Source: Paragordius varius (lineage: Eukaryota > Animalia > Nematomorpha). From it: a stretch of 64,000 nucleotides of DNA. Position 1 is the stretch's first letter, and each line of letters opens with the position of its first letter. The notes under the pieces are model-generated. The model ran no database searches and was not told where the DNA came from. It saw only the letters and a list, made by a program, of their open reading frames with translations. Position numbers and translations under genes: made by a program. Shown here one piece after another: positions 48,074 through 61,398 of this stretch. Location: NCBI GenBank assembly GCA_964247055.1, contig OZ176050.1, positions 10,602,001-10,666,000 of the forward strand. The letters are read 5' to 3'.

Positions 48074-50121
48074 TCTATATATTTATAAAAATGGAAAGTG
48101 GTGGCTTTGTGATCTGTTTCCGGAAAACCGGTAGACCCATTCAAATCCAAATATCAAAAAAATATAATCATCAATTGCCACGACAATAACTTCGCCCTTT
48201 TTTTAGATTAGGTTTCCAGTTCGGGCCCACCCCGTATAAAAACGGTTTTTTTGAAAACAGAAGTCCACAAAAATCGTGTCTTTGAGACAATTTTACCGAA
48301 AACGTGTTGGACCAATCGATTTCAAATATGATTTTTTTAACAATTTTCGATTGCGCCGAACAGAGTCGGCTCGCTTTTTTAATTTAGGCCCTCTTTTTAC
48401 CCGCTCTCCCCGTAAAAGGCCTTTTTTTAAAAAAATTAATTCCAAAAAAATAATTTTTTGATTCTATTTTTCGCTCAAGGTATGAGACCGTAAAAATTTA
48501 ATGATTCCAGGTATTCCCTAAAAAGGCAGAAATTTTAGTCGTGCGTTTCTTTTATATTGGCTGGGTAAGAAGATACCCGCTAAAAACTGACCCGTCATAT
48601 CGAAATAGCGTATCTTTGGGGCTAAATTTTAGAAAACGTATCAGGCCATATTAGTGAAATAGCTGCTTAAAATATTACCCGTAAAAAGGCAAAAATTTAA
48701 TTCGTGCGGTTTTTTAAATTAGCCATTAAGTAGGCCCTTTACCTAAAAAATGCGCTATCAGTTTACTTTTATTTAGTTTAGAAGCCATTCTCCCAAATAT
48801 TAGAAACATATGGAATGAATGATGATTCCAGGCATTCCCCTATAAAAGCAAATTTCTTTTAAACGTCTTTTTTATATTGGCCTCTGGGTAGGGGGCTACC
48901 CGCAAACAGCTGCGCCACTATATTGATACAGCGTGACTTTGGAGGCAAATTTTAATTCATCCGGCCATATGAGTTCAATAAAGGCTTGAAATATTACCCG
49001 TAAACAATCAAAATTTAAGTAGAGCGGTTTTATTAAATAACCTCTAAATTAGGCCCTTGCCCTGAAAAATGCGCCACCATAGAATGACTTTGTGGTTTTG
49101 AGGCAATTTTTCGAAAATCCCAAGAGAGCCTATGGAATCAATGATTCCAGGTATTACCCGAATTAATAAGGCAAAAATTTTAATCGAGCGTTTTTTGTTT
49201 CGCCCCTGGTTAGGGGGCTATTCGCATAAAACTGCGACACCATATAGATACAGCATGCCTTTGGAGCCAAATTTCAGCAAATCTATGTGTCTAATAGGGA
49301 CATATTGAATCCATGATAATTCCAGATATTCCCCATATAAAGGCAAATTTCCACAATGCTTTTTTATACCTTCTCCTAGGTAAGAGGCTACCCGAAAAAC
49401 TGCGTAACTATTTAGAAATTGCGTTGTTTTGGAGCTAATTTATAGAAAATTAATGAAGCCATATGTGTTCATTAAAAGCTTGAAATATTACCCGTTACTA
49501 GATAAAAAAGGTCGGGCGTTTTTTAATCAGCCGTCAATTTGGGGCCTTTTTGCTCCTAAAAATACGCCATCATATAACAATTATTTAGTGTTGAGGTATT
49601 TTTTCGAATAACCCATCGGACGATGGTATCAAAGATGATTCCAAACATTTGCCCTACAAAGGCAAAGAATTTAATTCAGCGCTTTTCTATATAGGTCTAT
49701 GGGTAAGGGTCTACTGGTTAACTGAGACGCCATACAAAAATGGCGTGGTTTTGAAGCTGAATAACAAACTTAAGAAGACATATGAATTCAGTTGATCAAA
49801 AATTAGTTACTGTTTATATCCCTTGATACCAGATGTGTGAACACAATTTCAAAATGAAACTTTAACCATAATTTCGTAAAACGAAAATCTTAAATTATCC
49901 AATGATAGTTGAATAATAACTTTCATAAGGGACAGTTAAAATATGGTCAATTTCGAGTAAACAATATCTGAGCCTATGCAAAAACCCGTAAAAGAATAAT
50001 TAAAGACATTTTTTATTTAATATGTTTTTCATTATTTTAACTCCATTACCTCTATTTTTTGCAAATTATGAATAATTATCGGTGAGACTACGTCACAGCG
50101 AAGCCTTACAGGGCCAGCTAG
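48074..50121 (+). mobile_element. Non-autonomous Helitron, type A1, 2048 bp
   Basis: A|TCTATATATTTATAAAAATGG...GTCACAGCGAAGCCTTACAGGGCCAGCTAG|T. Canonical TC/CTAG ends between A and T, no TSD, colinear with 22647-24978. Confidence 0.92.
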
Positions 50122-50668
50122 TTTCTTATAAAATTTAATTTTTCTTGTTTTTCGTCAATATCATATATTATGCAATATCTAAGAGATGGGTGCCTGATTT
50201 CTGAAATGCGTCGATTTTAAGCATTCGTCTCGTATATTTCCAATTTAAAAGTTATTAAAAGCAAATGCTTAAAAAAAACAAAGCTGCATGTTTTTGCAAA
50301 ATTTATTTAATTTCCTAAAAATGTTGGCTATTGTGATATAATTTATAAAGTAAAAATGGAGTGATTGAAATAAAAATATGGAATATAAAAGGTGTTCACA
50401 GTTGAAAGCTTAAAGATTGTAGCAGGGTATGGTTTGCATTTGGTTGACAAATATTATCAAAAAATATGTCATAATAAAAAAAATGATAAATTGTTACAAA
50501 TATTGGAGCAAGTTCAGATTCTGTTTTATAACACCGGGAAAAATTAAATAATGAAATAATAATTGTTAAATGTGTGTTTAAATTAATAAAAAATTGCTAT
50601 AATATAACAAATAAAATTCATAGAGATTCTCAAAAATAACTAATATGGTATAAAATTGGTAGGAAATT

Positions 50669-53600
50669 TTAAGGTTGCATCGGTATTTTAACACATGCTC
50701 CGCTAATTAAATCCTTCTCAGTATAAGGGTTATCCGTGGCCTGTTTATAATAATCCAACATAAAGTTTTGAAGAGAATTAATTGACCATCCCTGTTGATT
50801 TTCAGCCGATATTATTCGACAAGTTGGACACAATGTTGTGGGAGGAAACAAAATTTTAGGTGCTAAAGGATCATTGGAAGAGGGCCCTTTGTCTTGTGCC
50901 AAGCGACGGTTAACTCGGTTATGAGCGGCCCATAACCACATCATGCCTTTTTTTGCATGCACACACATATATGTAATTTAATAACAGTTGTTAAAATCCG
51001 TAATATAACGATAAAGGATAATTTATTAGAATTAAATGAAAGTATATAAATTATCCTTTATCGTTATACTAAGGATTTTAACAACTGTTACAAAACATAA
51101 CCACATCATACCTTTTTTGCACACACATATATGTAATTAAGTTATATAAAATATATGCTGTATCAAATTTTAAATAGAAAAAAAACCAATAAAGGGTGAA
51201 AAGGTTTTATACGCATATATAAATGATATAACCAAATACTCTTTGGATTTTTTGGGGATCATATCATGTATATATGATTATATATTAAAGTTAAATGAGA
51301 GACTAATAAAAATAAGGTGATATAATGGTAAAGATAGCTTATTACCAAAAACTTATCAATTAAACAAAATAAAAACTAATGATGCGAATAATCCAATTGA
51401 GCAAAACTGATAAACGGGTTATAATTTAATTTTTTGCAGAAAATTTCCAAAATATAGTTGCGATGAAAAAAATAAACTCACATTTTATAAATAAAATAAC
51501 CTTTTACCTGCATTTGGAGATTTTGTCAAATTATTCCCACCAGATGGACCAGAAAAATCCAAAGAGTTTCGCACAAATGAATCGGACGTGGCAAAAGCCA
51601 TTTCATCTTTGAATATGCCTTGATCATTACTAGCAGCTAAATTAAGCAAATGTTGTGATAAAAGTGGCACATTAGTTGTAATATTTGCTGACATGGCAAG
51701 AAAATGTTGAGTACAATCTTGACACCCAAAAAAGTATTTTATATACTCTCGGATAATGCTAAGGAGTGTTAGACCATTATGGTATGCATCTAAAAAAAGG
51801 TATATAGGAAATCAATAAGGATATATAGTCAAACATTTTTTTGCGCGGTCAAAAAAAGTTTATACATGAATGGATATATAAATTAAACTTATTTGCTATG
51901 GTATATAAATTTCGGGAAAATCAACATTTATAAAAGTTATCAAATAAAAAAGAATATTCGTCTTAATATTAAAAAAGGAACTTTTTTTCGCCCATATAGC
52001 TTAGTAATTATTTATTAGGTAGATAGAAATATTTTATGGTGTACTTTCTCCCGAATATTTATTGGCATACACTGTGAGCGTGTGAAACAAAGTCCAAAGA
52101 CCACAAGTATATCCTCGGAGTGTGGGCTTGCTACCTTTACAACCAACCCATTTTAATCGATCCTTAGGGAAAACGGATGACATGTTCTGTTTAAAATTGC
52201 AAAAAGAAATAATAAAATTGTATTTTGTTATTGGTTACATGACGGAAAATAATTAAATTTTAGTGTAATATATAAAATAAGGATATTAATGTAAAAACAA
52301 AGAATGTTGAAAAATACCAATGTAAATTGTTTTTATTTAATTTTTTGAAAGGTATGCATTATCTTATTCATACTTTTCACAAATTTTACAATTTGCATTT
52401 AGCTTCTATAGGATAACAAAATTTTAGAGTCAAATTTAATATAATCTCTTATTTAATCATATGTCTCTTCCTTCACTTATTACATCATATAATTAAAATA
52501 TTATTTTAAAATCTGTATAAATTTACAAAATAATATAAAAACTAAATATATCTTCTCACCAAAGACTCCAAAATACCAAGGTATTGTTTGTTGGTTAAAA
52601 CACTGGGAGGTGTTACCAAAGCATATTGCGGGCCTGAATATCCGACAGAAGTGGCAGAAACCCTTACATAATGCGGTGTCAGCTGTTCATGTAAAGCGTT
52701 AAGAAGTGTATTTATTTCACCAATACTCGCGCTATCACCCAATCTCGTAGCATACCTAAGATAGGATAAAACAATTATCGCCAAATTATTATTATTACAA
52801 AATATGACAAAACTATGAAATCTCAAATACAGACCAAACGAAAAAGCTAAAATACAAATAATTTTTTTTATAAAAGACCATACTTTTTTAGAAACCTTAA
52901 TAATCTTGTATAACCAAAATGATTACTATTCTTGAAAGGTAATTAAGATGTTACTAAATGTCATCTCCATATTATATATCATCAACTCAAAACGAAAGGT
53001 TATGTTAAAAAATTGAGTTTTAAAAAAGGATGGCTGTTTTTATAAAAAAAGATAGGTGTATTTTAGTTTTTGTGATTTATCTTTATAATTTCAACTTTTT
53101 TAATCCATAGAATCACCCACCACACATCAAATAAGCCAAATCAATTTAATGATAGTTTATACCTATTCAAAAAATGGCCAAATATTATACGACAACCGTG
53201 AAATTTTATGACAATTATACAAAAAAAATTTAATTTATCCATAAAATTAATTGCACCCAATAACAAATAAGCCAAATCAATTTAATAGCTGGCGTACCTG
53301 GTATAAAATTACTGTTAAAATTATTATTATACTAAACTATAGAAATATATAACAATTTTATAATATTATGAAAAAAAAACTTATCCATGAAATTATTTTA
53401 GGGGTACTTAGGATAAAATAACTGCCCAAAAGTTATTAATCACAGAACCAGGGATATACATTTTACAGTTATAATATTAAATGACAATTTTATATTATTT
53501 TAAAAAAACAAACTTAAAAGTAATCTACAGAATCGTCAATAATACCTAGGATAAAAAAGGGCCATCGCTTGAACCATACGTGAGAGAGCATGCAAAGTTG

Positions 53601-55070
53601 AAACATTGAATGTTTGAGTGCGTGGGACCTCTTGTGCCAACATACAGTAAATGGCATATTCCAAATCCTCCGTAAAAACACAATTGTAATGACCTCTAAT
53701 AATAATAAGACACAACAAGGGAACGGGTTAAAACATTTATTAATAATGGATCGAATAATATGGATACTTTACAACTATTTACTAGTATGTCCCCTTTCAC
53801 ATATAAAGTGACTCATGTATAAAATTTATAAATAATATTTTTTATAATATATATATATATATATATATATAATAAAGTAAAATATATGACAATATGTTAA
53901 TTTTATCACATGTTATTAGCCCAAGGCATAAAATTTACCGGTAAAACCTATCTAAGAATTTTGAAATACAATAGTAAATTCCTAATAAAACCATGTAATA
54001 TGCGGAAACAATAATAATAAATTAACATTTTTTAAATTAAGGGATAATGTAATATTTAATATCAAATTATTAGACTAATAATGACAATTATTACTTAAAT
54101 TTGGTATTTTTTTCCGCCACAGAAATATTAGGTGGCAACATATTAGTTGACATAGTGTATGGTATGTTAGTTGTAACTTTCAGAACATTTAAAGCACCAT
54201 TAATGTCTGGTTGTTTATCATTATTAGGACCGAGTAGATTAAAAGATTCAATAACATCATCAGCATCATAATCATTTGATGAGCTAACAAATATTATATA
54301 CCATTTACAATTCAAATTTACCCTCAAATAAATTATATGTTATTTAATAAAAATTACCTATAATTTTAAATATTTTTAGAAAAGAAATTTTGTTTTAAAT
54401 TAAAATGATACCGAAATAATAATAAACTATGCTATAAAGATATATTTTATATTAATAATGAGTTATATTAGTTCGAAAACAAATAATTTATTTTTAGGGT
54501 GAATTTAAATTGTTCGAGGGTGAATTTGAGCTTTAAATGGTATCTAATGAAGTAGAATCATACGAAAAAAATTACAAACTTTACAACAAGCCCGATTGAT
54601 CACTTATTATTAATTTTCAATTTTAAATAAAACGACAAAGCTGTGGAAAAGAGATAATAGATATTAAAGATAAAAATTAATTTTGTTATACTTTTAATTT
54701 GAATGGGTATTTGCAACTTTTATAAATAATTACGTGAAAAAATCATTAAATATTGCGCAAACAAATGATATTTTATAAATAAAATAATGTATATATTAAT
54801 AAAGCTATGATTTACCTTAAAACTTTGTTAGTGAGTTAAATTTAAAATGGTTTGGTCAACTCCCCCAAAACATTATAAAATAAATGCATTATCATTATAT
54901 AATAATAGAAAAAGTAAGGAATCTCGCATTTACTTTGACATAATAAATCAAGTCCAAAATATATTATGTTCTTACATAATTTTATACTGAGGCTTGATAC
55001 TATTGGGGACAGTTAATTTCAGTAACAAAGCACGTTGTTCATTATCTGACTTTGTTGCTGATGTTCTGTA

Positions 55071-55107
<37 letters not shown>

Positions 55108-56954
55108 TATAATAATAAAGAAATCAGTCAAAATGGTCCAATATTTCTATATTACTCGTATATTAAGAGAGAGGTTTATCAAAAATATACGGCTTAGTAT
55201 TCACGGTTATAACTAGTTGGAAATAAAGAAAACAAAATTCACCAACTAGATTGGCCTATACTGTTAAACTAAAAAATGGATAAAATTTTACAATCACTTT
55301 CTGGTTAATTTAAAAAGCAGTAACGTTCATAAATGCTTTTATAACTAATTAGACCGCCTCTGAAAAGCAACTTAAATTTATGCTACGAATGCCGAATCAT
55401 ATTATGTTTACGAAACCCAAAAGCTTGGGCGAATTCTGAGGTACTCCTTAAAATTCTTTCCAAATATTGCAATTGACTTTGGCGATCTGTGGAAGGAAAT
55501 GTGTAAGTTTTGTCATACGTTGTCTCATCTACTAAAGCTTGTAATCGTAAAGGATCAATGCCAGATAGTTTTGATAATTTATTTTTATATGCAATAAAAG
55601 TTTGTGGTGTGATACGAATTATAGATAATTGAGATTTAGCGTTTGCAATTGTTCCATATAAATCGAGTATGACCTATATGAATGCAAAAATGTAAAATGT
55701 TTCAAACTCAATACAATTTGTAAAACAATGATTATTATAGGTTTCATGTCCCTTTAAAATAAAATATTGAACAGTATAAATATTAATATTTAATAAAATG
55801 TACATTATTAATCAAAAGATATTATATTTGTTATGTATGATAATAATTTGATGCTTTTGGAAGCATTAATTTATATGCCCTGTTTATTGATATTCTCACG
55901 CTGGAGTGAGAATCACCATGGTGCTATTGAAAAAATTATAAAAACAAATAATGATAGTTTGTCTTATGATTATCACAACATTTAAAATAAATATAGAAAA
56001 AATCAAAATCTTTGAATACTTTGTTGTATGCGGCAAATATAACAACTATTAATTTCCTAAATTTCGTCAAAATACCTTTTAGGATCTCTAAAATTTTATG
56101 TAAATGTTATTTTTTTTTAAAGAAGTATATTTCTACCCTGACCCTAATATTTCAATGTTATCTCGTAATGTAAAAATTATAGCGTAAAAAAGTTAAATAT
56201 TGTCTTCTATAGATATGTCACAAAAATTTGCAGTATATTTTGTCCTTGAGATAAAACATTATGAGAAAAATGGTGACACACACATATATATATACTTGGA
56301 CGCCTAAGGTGTTTCCTTCCTTTTCAATAATAACAATGTTGTCCTTTGATGTCAAGTTATCAATTCTAATATGTTACAAATAAAAATTATAAATCCGGGT
56401 TAACATAAAAATAAATAATTACGATAATGAAAAATGAAGTTGGGGCCAATTAAGTGGAATTTGCAATAGTTTTTGTAGCAAAATATTTTTTAGATAACGA
56501 ACATCGTGGATTGGGCTAACAGCATCAGTCAAACGAATATCAGAGAAAGGCCTTAAAACCTAAAAAATTATGTAAAAATTAATTTTGTCTAAGAATATTT
56601 ATTCTTACTTCAATATGAGGAAATTTAGTAACGCCGGAATTTATACAAATTTCATCGTTTTGACCAGGTTGACAATCAATTGCGCCAATAAGAACGGTAT
56701 AATTCCACCCTAACATAATATATATATATAAAACTTCGTGTTTCGACAGCTAAATCTTTCCAAAAAGGTGCAAATTTTTGACAATGAGAACAAGAGCTCA
56801 GATAAAACAACAGGAATTTCGGACGATCATTGTATTTATTGTAATTATGTTGGGATAATTCTATCACATAGCTATTTTCAAAAAGAGATTGACAAGAAGG
56901 TGGAATTAAAAAATATAAAACCAAGAAGATATAAAACATATTTAAATGTGTCAA
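50669..56954 (-). CDS. QSOX: Quiescin sulfhydryl oxidase (Trx-Trx-HRR-ERV/ALR); resolved exons 56954-56735, 56709-56609, 56559-56423, 56365-56296, [unresolved], 55065-54976, 54322-54095, 53695-53546, 52755-52560, 52186-52045, 51789-51508, 50946-50669
   Basis: Signal peptide, Trx motif CSHC, IDC..N...[71 protein letters not shown] and [10 protein letters not shown]. Splice phases are consistent for adjacent resolved exons. Confidence 0.92.
50931..51140. repeat. 45-bp-arm palindrome flanked by a direct duplication of about 45-50 bp
   Basis: Arms 50982-51026 and 51046-51090 (2 mismatches, 19-nt loop). Direct repeats at 50931-50980 and 51096-51140. Confidence 0.9.
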
Positions 56955-57286
56955 TTCATTATATCATATCTTCATTAAAATTTAACAGCATGTTACAAAA
57001 TAAATATTTTTCAATTAACAAACAACTTCAAAATTATATTTTTTGATAAAGTAGGAGGTAATAAAATATATCCAGTTAAAGAATCTTACTACAGCCCCAG
57101 TACTTTACCCCAATTTTCAAAATACGTTATCTCTGATATTTTATGAGATTACATTTAATATTTCTTATCCTGATTTATATGTTTGCCTGACATTTATATA
57201 TAATTATGGCCAAAATGCGATTATTAAGCCCAAAACATATTTATGTACACACTCCATAATGGGAGATTGATAATTATCCGGATAAA

Positions 57287-57289
<3 letters not shown>

Positions 57290-57328
<39 letters not shown>
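57290..57328. repeat. (TA)n microsatellite upstream of QSOX
   Basis: Pure TA run of about 19 units. Confidence 0.95.
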
Positions 57329-57330
<2 letters not shown>

Positions 57331-57639
57331 TGATAGATGATAGATTTATCAGGCTTTTAATTTCAGGCCTTATGAGCAATCTAAAAAACTTTAATTATTT
57401 GGTAATTTCACTATCAAACAAGCAAATTTAGCGGACATTACACGGTGACAAAAAACCTAATAACATATATATTCTTATAAGAAATATAAGAATCACCCTG
57501 TTTGTTTTTGTCCACCCTATATATGATTTAAGACCGCCTCTTGGGGCAAATTGACGCACATTTTGTTTAACACTTTATGTCCTTTTGATATAGTTTATAT
57601 CTCAGAGCGATTTGCAAGAATTTTTATCTGATACATACT

Positions 57640-59690
57640 CGAGAATAATATTATATAATTAAATTTTGCAAACAACAAACAATAGTTTACAAAATCAAGC
57701 TTGGGCATATTAAACCGATCTAATATCTCATCGTAAACAAGCTCCTTAAGTGTTAAAAAAAATACTGTTGGAGGCTAAAGATTCTTTCAAAAATATTAAT
57801 TAAATTTTTCAAACCATATATAAAAAGCTACACACTATTATAAAGAATTTTTAATTTTAGATGGGCTATAAAAGGTATATTTTGGACCTGTCCCAAATGG
57901 AAGAGCCTTACAATAAAGGCGAAGAGCCAAGATTGCGCGAAAAAATTTGAAAACATATGCTAAATTTTAACATAAAAAATCAGAAAAAATATATAATTTG
58001 CTTAAAAATTTAATTCAGAAAAAATATATAATTTGCTTAAAAATTTAATTTTTATCGGTATTTTGAAGCAGAATATTAAACGGTAAAACAATTTAAGCCA
58101 TTAGATGATGCTGTGATTACCTCCCACTTAATTACCTTTTGGGTTTTTTTTATAAGTCAGAGAGATTAATGAAAATAAAAAGTATTTAAGGTAATAGGTC
58201 AAATATAAATATATGCTTTATTTAGCCTTTTAGGCGCATACTAATTTATTTTTTAAAAAATGCATAATTCGAAAAAATTCCTATCTCAAATTTTTTGGCG
58301 GCCGTTTTTTTTAAATTTTTTAAATCGCTGTACAACGGGTAATAAATGTATATTATGGTTAGAAAATGTGTTTTACTATTACCTTTTAGGGTAGTTATAT
58401 ATCCCAGAGATTTGAAAAAATATCTGAAATGTATTTAAGATATAAGCCGAATAAATTATGCTCTATTTAGCTTTTTAGGCTCATTACACATATTTTTTAA
58501 CAATTCGAATTGGGGTAAATAGCCCAGACTAATTTCAGTTAGGATTATCAAAAACAATACTTAAGGAAACGGACCCAATTTAAATTTATGCTTCTATCCT
58601 AATCAAAATTATATAAATATGCCAAAATATCTAAATAAAAATTTGTTTTGAGAAAAAGTTCCATGTCAAAATACTTCGACTCCATTTTTATTTTGCAAAA
58701 TCTTTGCAAAATATCGTGTTAATTTAATATTAAGGGTAAAATTAAAACATATTTTTATTTAAATTACATTTAACATTGACAGAAATAGAAAAAGCGTTTT
58801 ATTTTGTATTATTTTTTAATTTTACCATTGCACAAATGTCACGTTCACTAAACTTTTATCTTTCGGTTTTAGCTTAAAATAAGTAATATAAGTATTTTTG
58901 AATAATTTTTTTATATATTTCCGTTTATTAATGTTATATAAGGGCAAGGTTTTGCCAAGGTTTCGATTCCTTTCATATTTTTTAAAGAATTTAATTTTAA
59001 ACAGGCCTGGGGTATTTAACTACCCCAATTTGAATCGAAGGACTAAAATGAATGTGTTGTATCCAAGTGTTAAAAAAATCTAAAATTGCTAAAAAATCCT
59101 CATTGCTGCCATTTTCAACAAATTTTTTAATTCGGCAATGCAGCAGGCAAATAAATGTATATTACTCAGGGTCCACAAAAAACTAACCTGTCGAAATATA
59201 TATTCTGTTAGGAAAACGGATCAGGATTATCATGGTGGTTTTGGCCTTTACGAGTCTAAGGAAGTTATTTATACTCTTGTGGTAAGTGCTCCAGATCAGA
59301 AAATGGCAAAATTTTTGTACATTTTTTTAAAAATTTTTTTTTGGTCAAAGCTAAATGCTTCATTCCTAATAATATCACTAATAATTTATCATAAACTACC
59401 TATAGAAAGCAAAACAATATTTTTTAAATAAATAGTTAGATATGGGCTCCGAAAGTCCCAAATTTTTTCGCCATCCAAAATAGGCTAGTTCTCTTTAAAT
59501 AAAAGCAAAAATGCCGAGATTGCGTGATAAAAATTTAAAATATATTAATATGCATAGGGCCAGAGAAGTACGTTTCAACGAAATTTTGAAGTAAAAAATA
59601 CATTTTTTAAAAAAATTTTGATGTCATAATCTAAGATATATTATTTTATCGCGCAGCAATATTACATTTATTAGGAAACTAGGTCATTTT
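57640..59690. repeat. Second locus of repeat family E, interrupted by MITE B
   Basis: 59220-59500 carries the full E module. The 58200-58490 motifs (GCCTTTTAGGCGCAT, GCCGAA) match the reverse complement of 29590-29650. Boundaries approximate. Confidence 0.55.
58501..59069 (-). mobile_element. piggyBac-like MITE (family B), 569 bp
   Basis: TTAA at 58497-58500 and 59070-59073. Right end GTGTTGTATCCAAGTG is intact, left end partly deleted. Confidence 0.82.
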
Positions 59691-61398
59691 AAAGCAATGA
59701 TACTCGAACCGCGGCCCGAGGGCCGCATGCGGCTTTAAGAGTGCTTTAAAATTGCCCTATGATATACTTAAATTATTATTTTTATTAATTAATTTTTAAA
59801 TACGCATAAACGAATCTTCCCTTGTTTTAAATATTAATTTATTTTCTTTAGATTTTATTTTTGGTAATTTTTATTTTTTCCAAATTTGATTATCCTACAT
59901 TTTGTATTTTCTTTATTTTGAAATTATTGCATTCCTTATTTGTATTTAAGCAAGCCTTTCACCCAAATTTTGATATACGAATTCTTTTCATTGCTATCCT
60001 GCATCATTTTTTATAACTCATTCTTATAAAATATTTTTCAAATCAATCTGTTTTTTATAGAATATTTCAAATTATATTCCTATTTTTTGAAAAAAATTAT
60101 ATAATATTTAAACATAAATTCAAAGGTGACATCGAATGGTAAAAAATGTATATTATCCAATGCAAATCGCTTCTTTAATAAAGAATAGGAAGAAAAATTC
60201 TTTGTTGGTTTTAATAAAAATTATGTTACATGCCTTATATGTGAAGACCACATAATTATAAAAAGATACAATATTGAAAGTCATTTTACAATCCATCATA
60301 TTCATATATTACCAGAAAATCATGGGGAAAGAAACGAAAAATATAAAAAGATTAATAAAAAACTTCAACTTTTATGTTTTTAACAATATATTATAACTCT
60401 CAAAAAACTGCAAATATTTTAATATTGATATTGATTCTAGCACTGATATTAGGTGATGTGGGCTCTTCGTGAGATTTTGCAACGACAACATTATCAACGA
60501 AGAATATTTTAAATTTTTACCAATGAATAATACCAGGAAAGGAAGTAATTTTCTCGAAATAATTAGCACTTTTTTCGATAATAATGGTATATCTATGAAT
60601 AAATTGGTTTCGATCTGCACAGATGGCTGTCCACTTATGATGGGAATAACCGAAAGATTTATTCCTTTGATAAACAAATATAATTTGCAAAATATTTATC
60701 CCTTCATTGCTTTATTCATCAGCACTTGGATTCGCGTGTAAAAGATGATTACTAAATTCAGTAATTAAAACGGTTGTGGATATAGTCAACCACATCCGTG
60801 GCAGATAATTAACCGCTATAAATTCAAAAACTTTCTGAAAGATATCCTAGGTGAGTTTGATGATATTTTTTTGTCAAATTTATTTTAAGACATGAAATTT
60901 TATTATAAAGAATAACAGAGAATTTGACGAGGAAATTAAGTGACAAATGGCCGGTTTTATTAACCTACCTTTGCGACATTACTTATACTTAATATTTTTA
61001 ATACAAGTCTTCAAGGGAACAAAATAATAACCCATTACGCTAATCAAATTTTTGCTTTTGAAAAAAATTAATAATATATAAACAAGATTATAATAAAACA
61101 TTCCTAGATTTTCCAACACTTAATACGATATGCGAAGAAAATATGGAATTTACCGCGTAGACAATTATTAAACATTTTTATCTAATGAGATGAAATTCAG
61201 ATACCCGAAATTTAAAAATATTGAAAATTGCTTACAACTCATTGAAAATCCATGGCTTATGGATATATGCAATAAGCAACTTGAGCATTTCGGTTTTCAG
61301 GAGCATATCATTGAAGAATTCGTATATTTTAAAAATGATTCCAATTAGAAGGATATATTCAAGAAGAATCGTAGAGAAGAAAGATATGTAGAGTTTAA

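Noticed and set aside
57243-57431. ORF with an IYIYIY repeat
   Set aside because: It is a translation of a (TA)n microsatellite.
57980-58049. Exact 35-bp tandem duplication
   Set aside because: It is real but looks like a simple slippage event inside repeat family E, with no sign of function.
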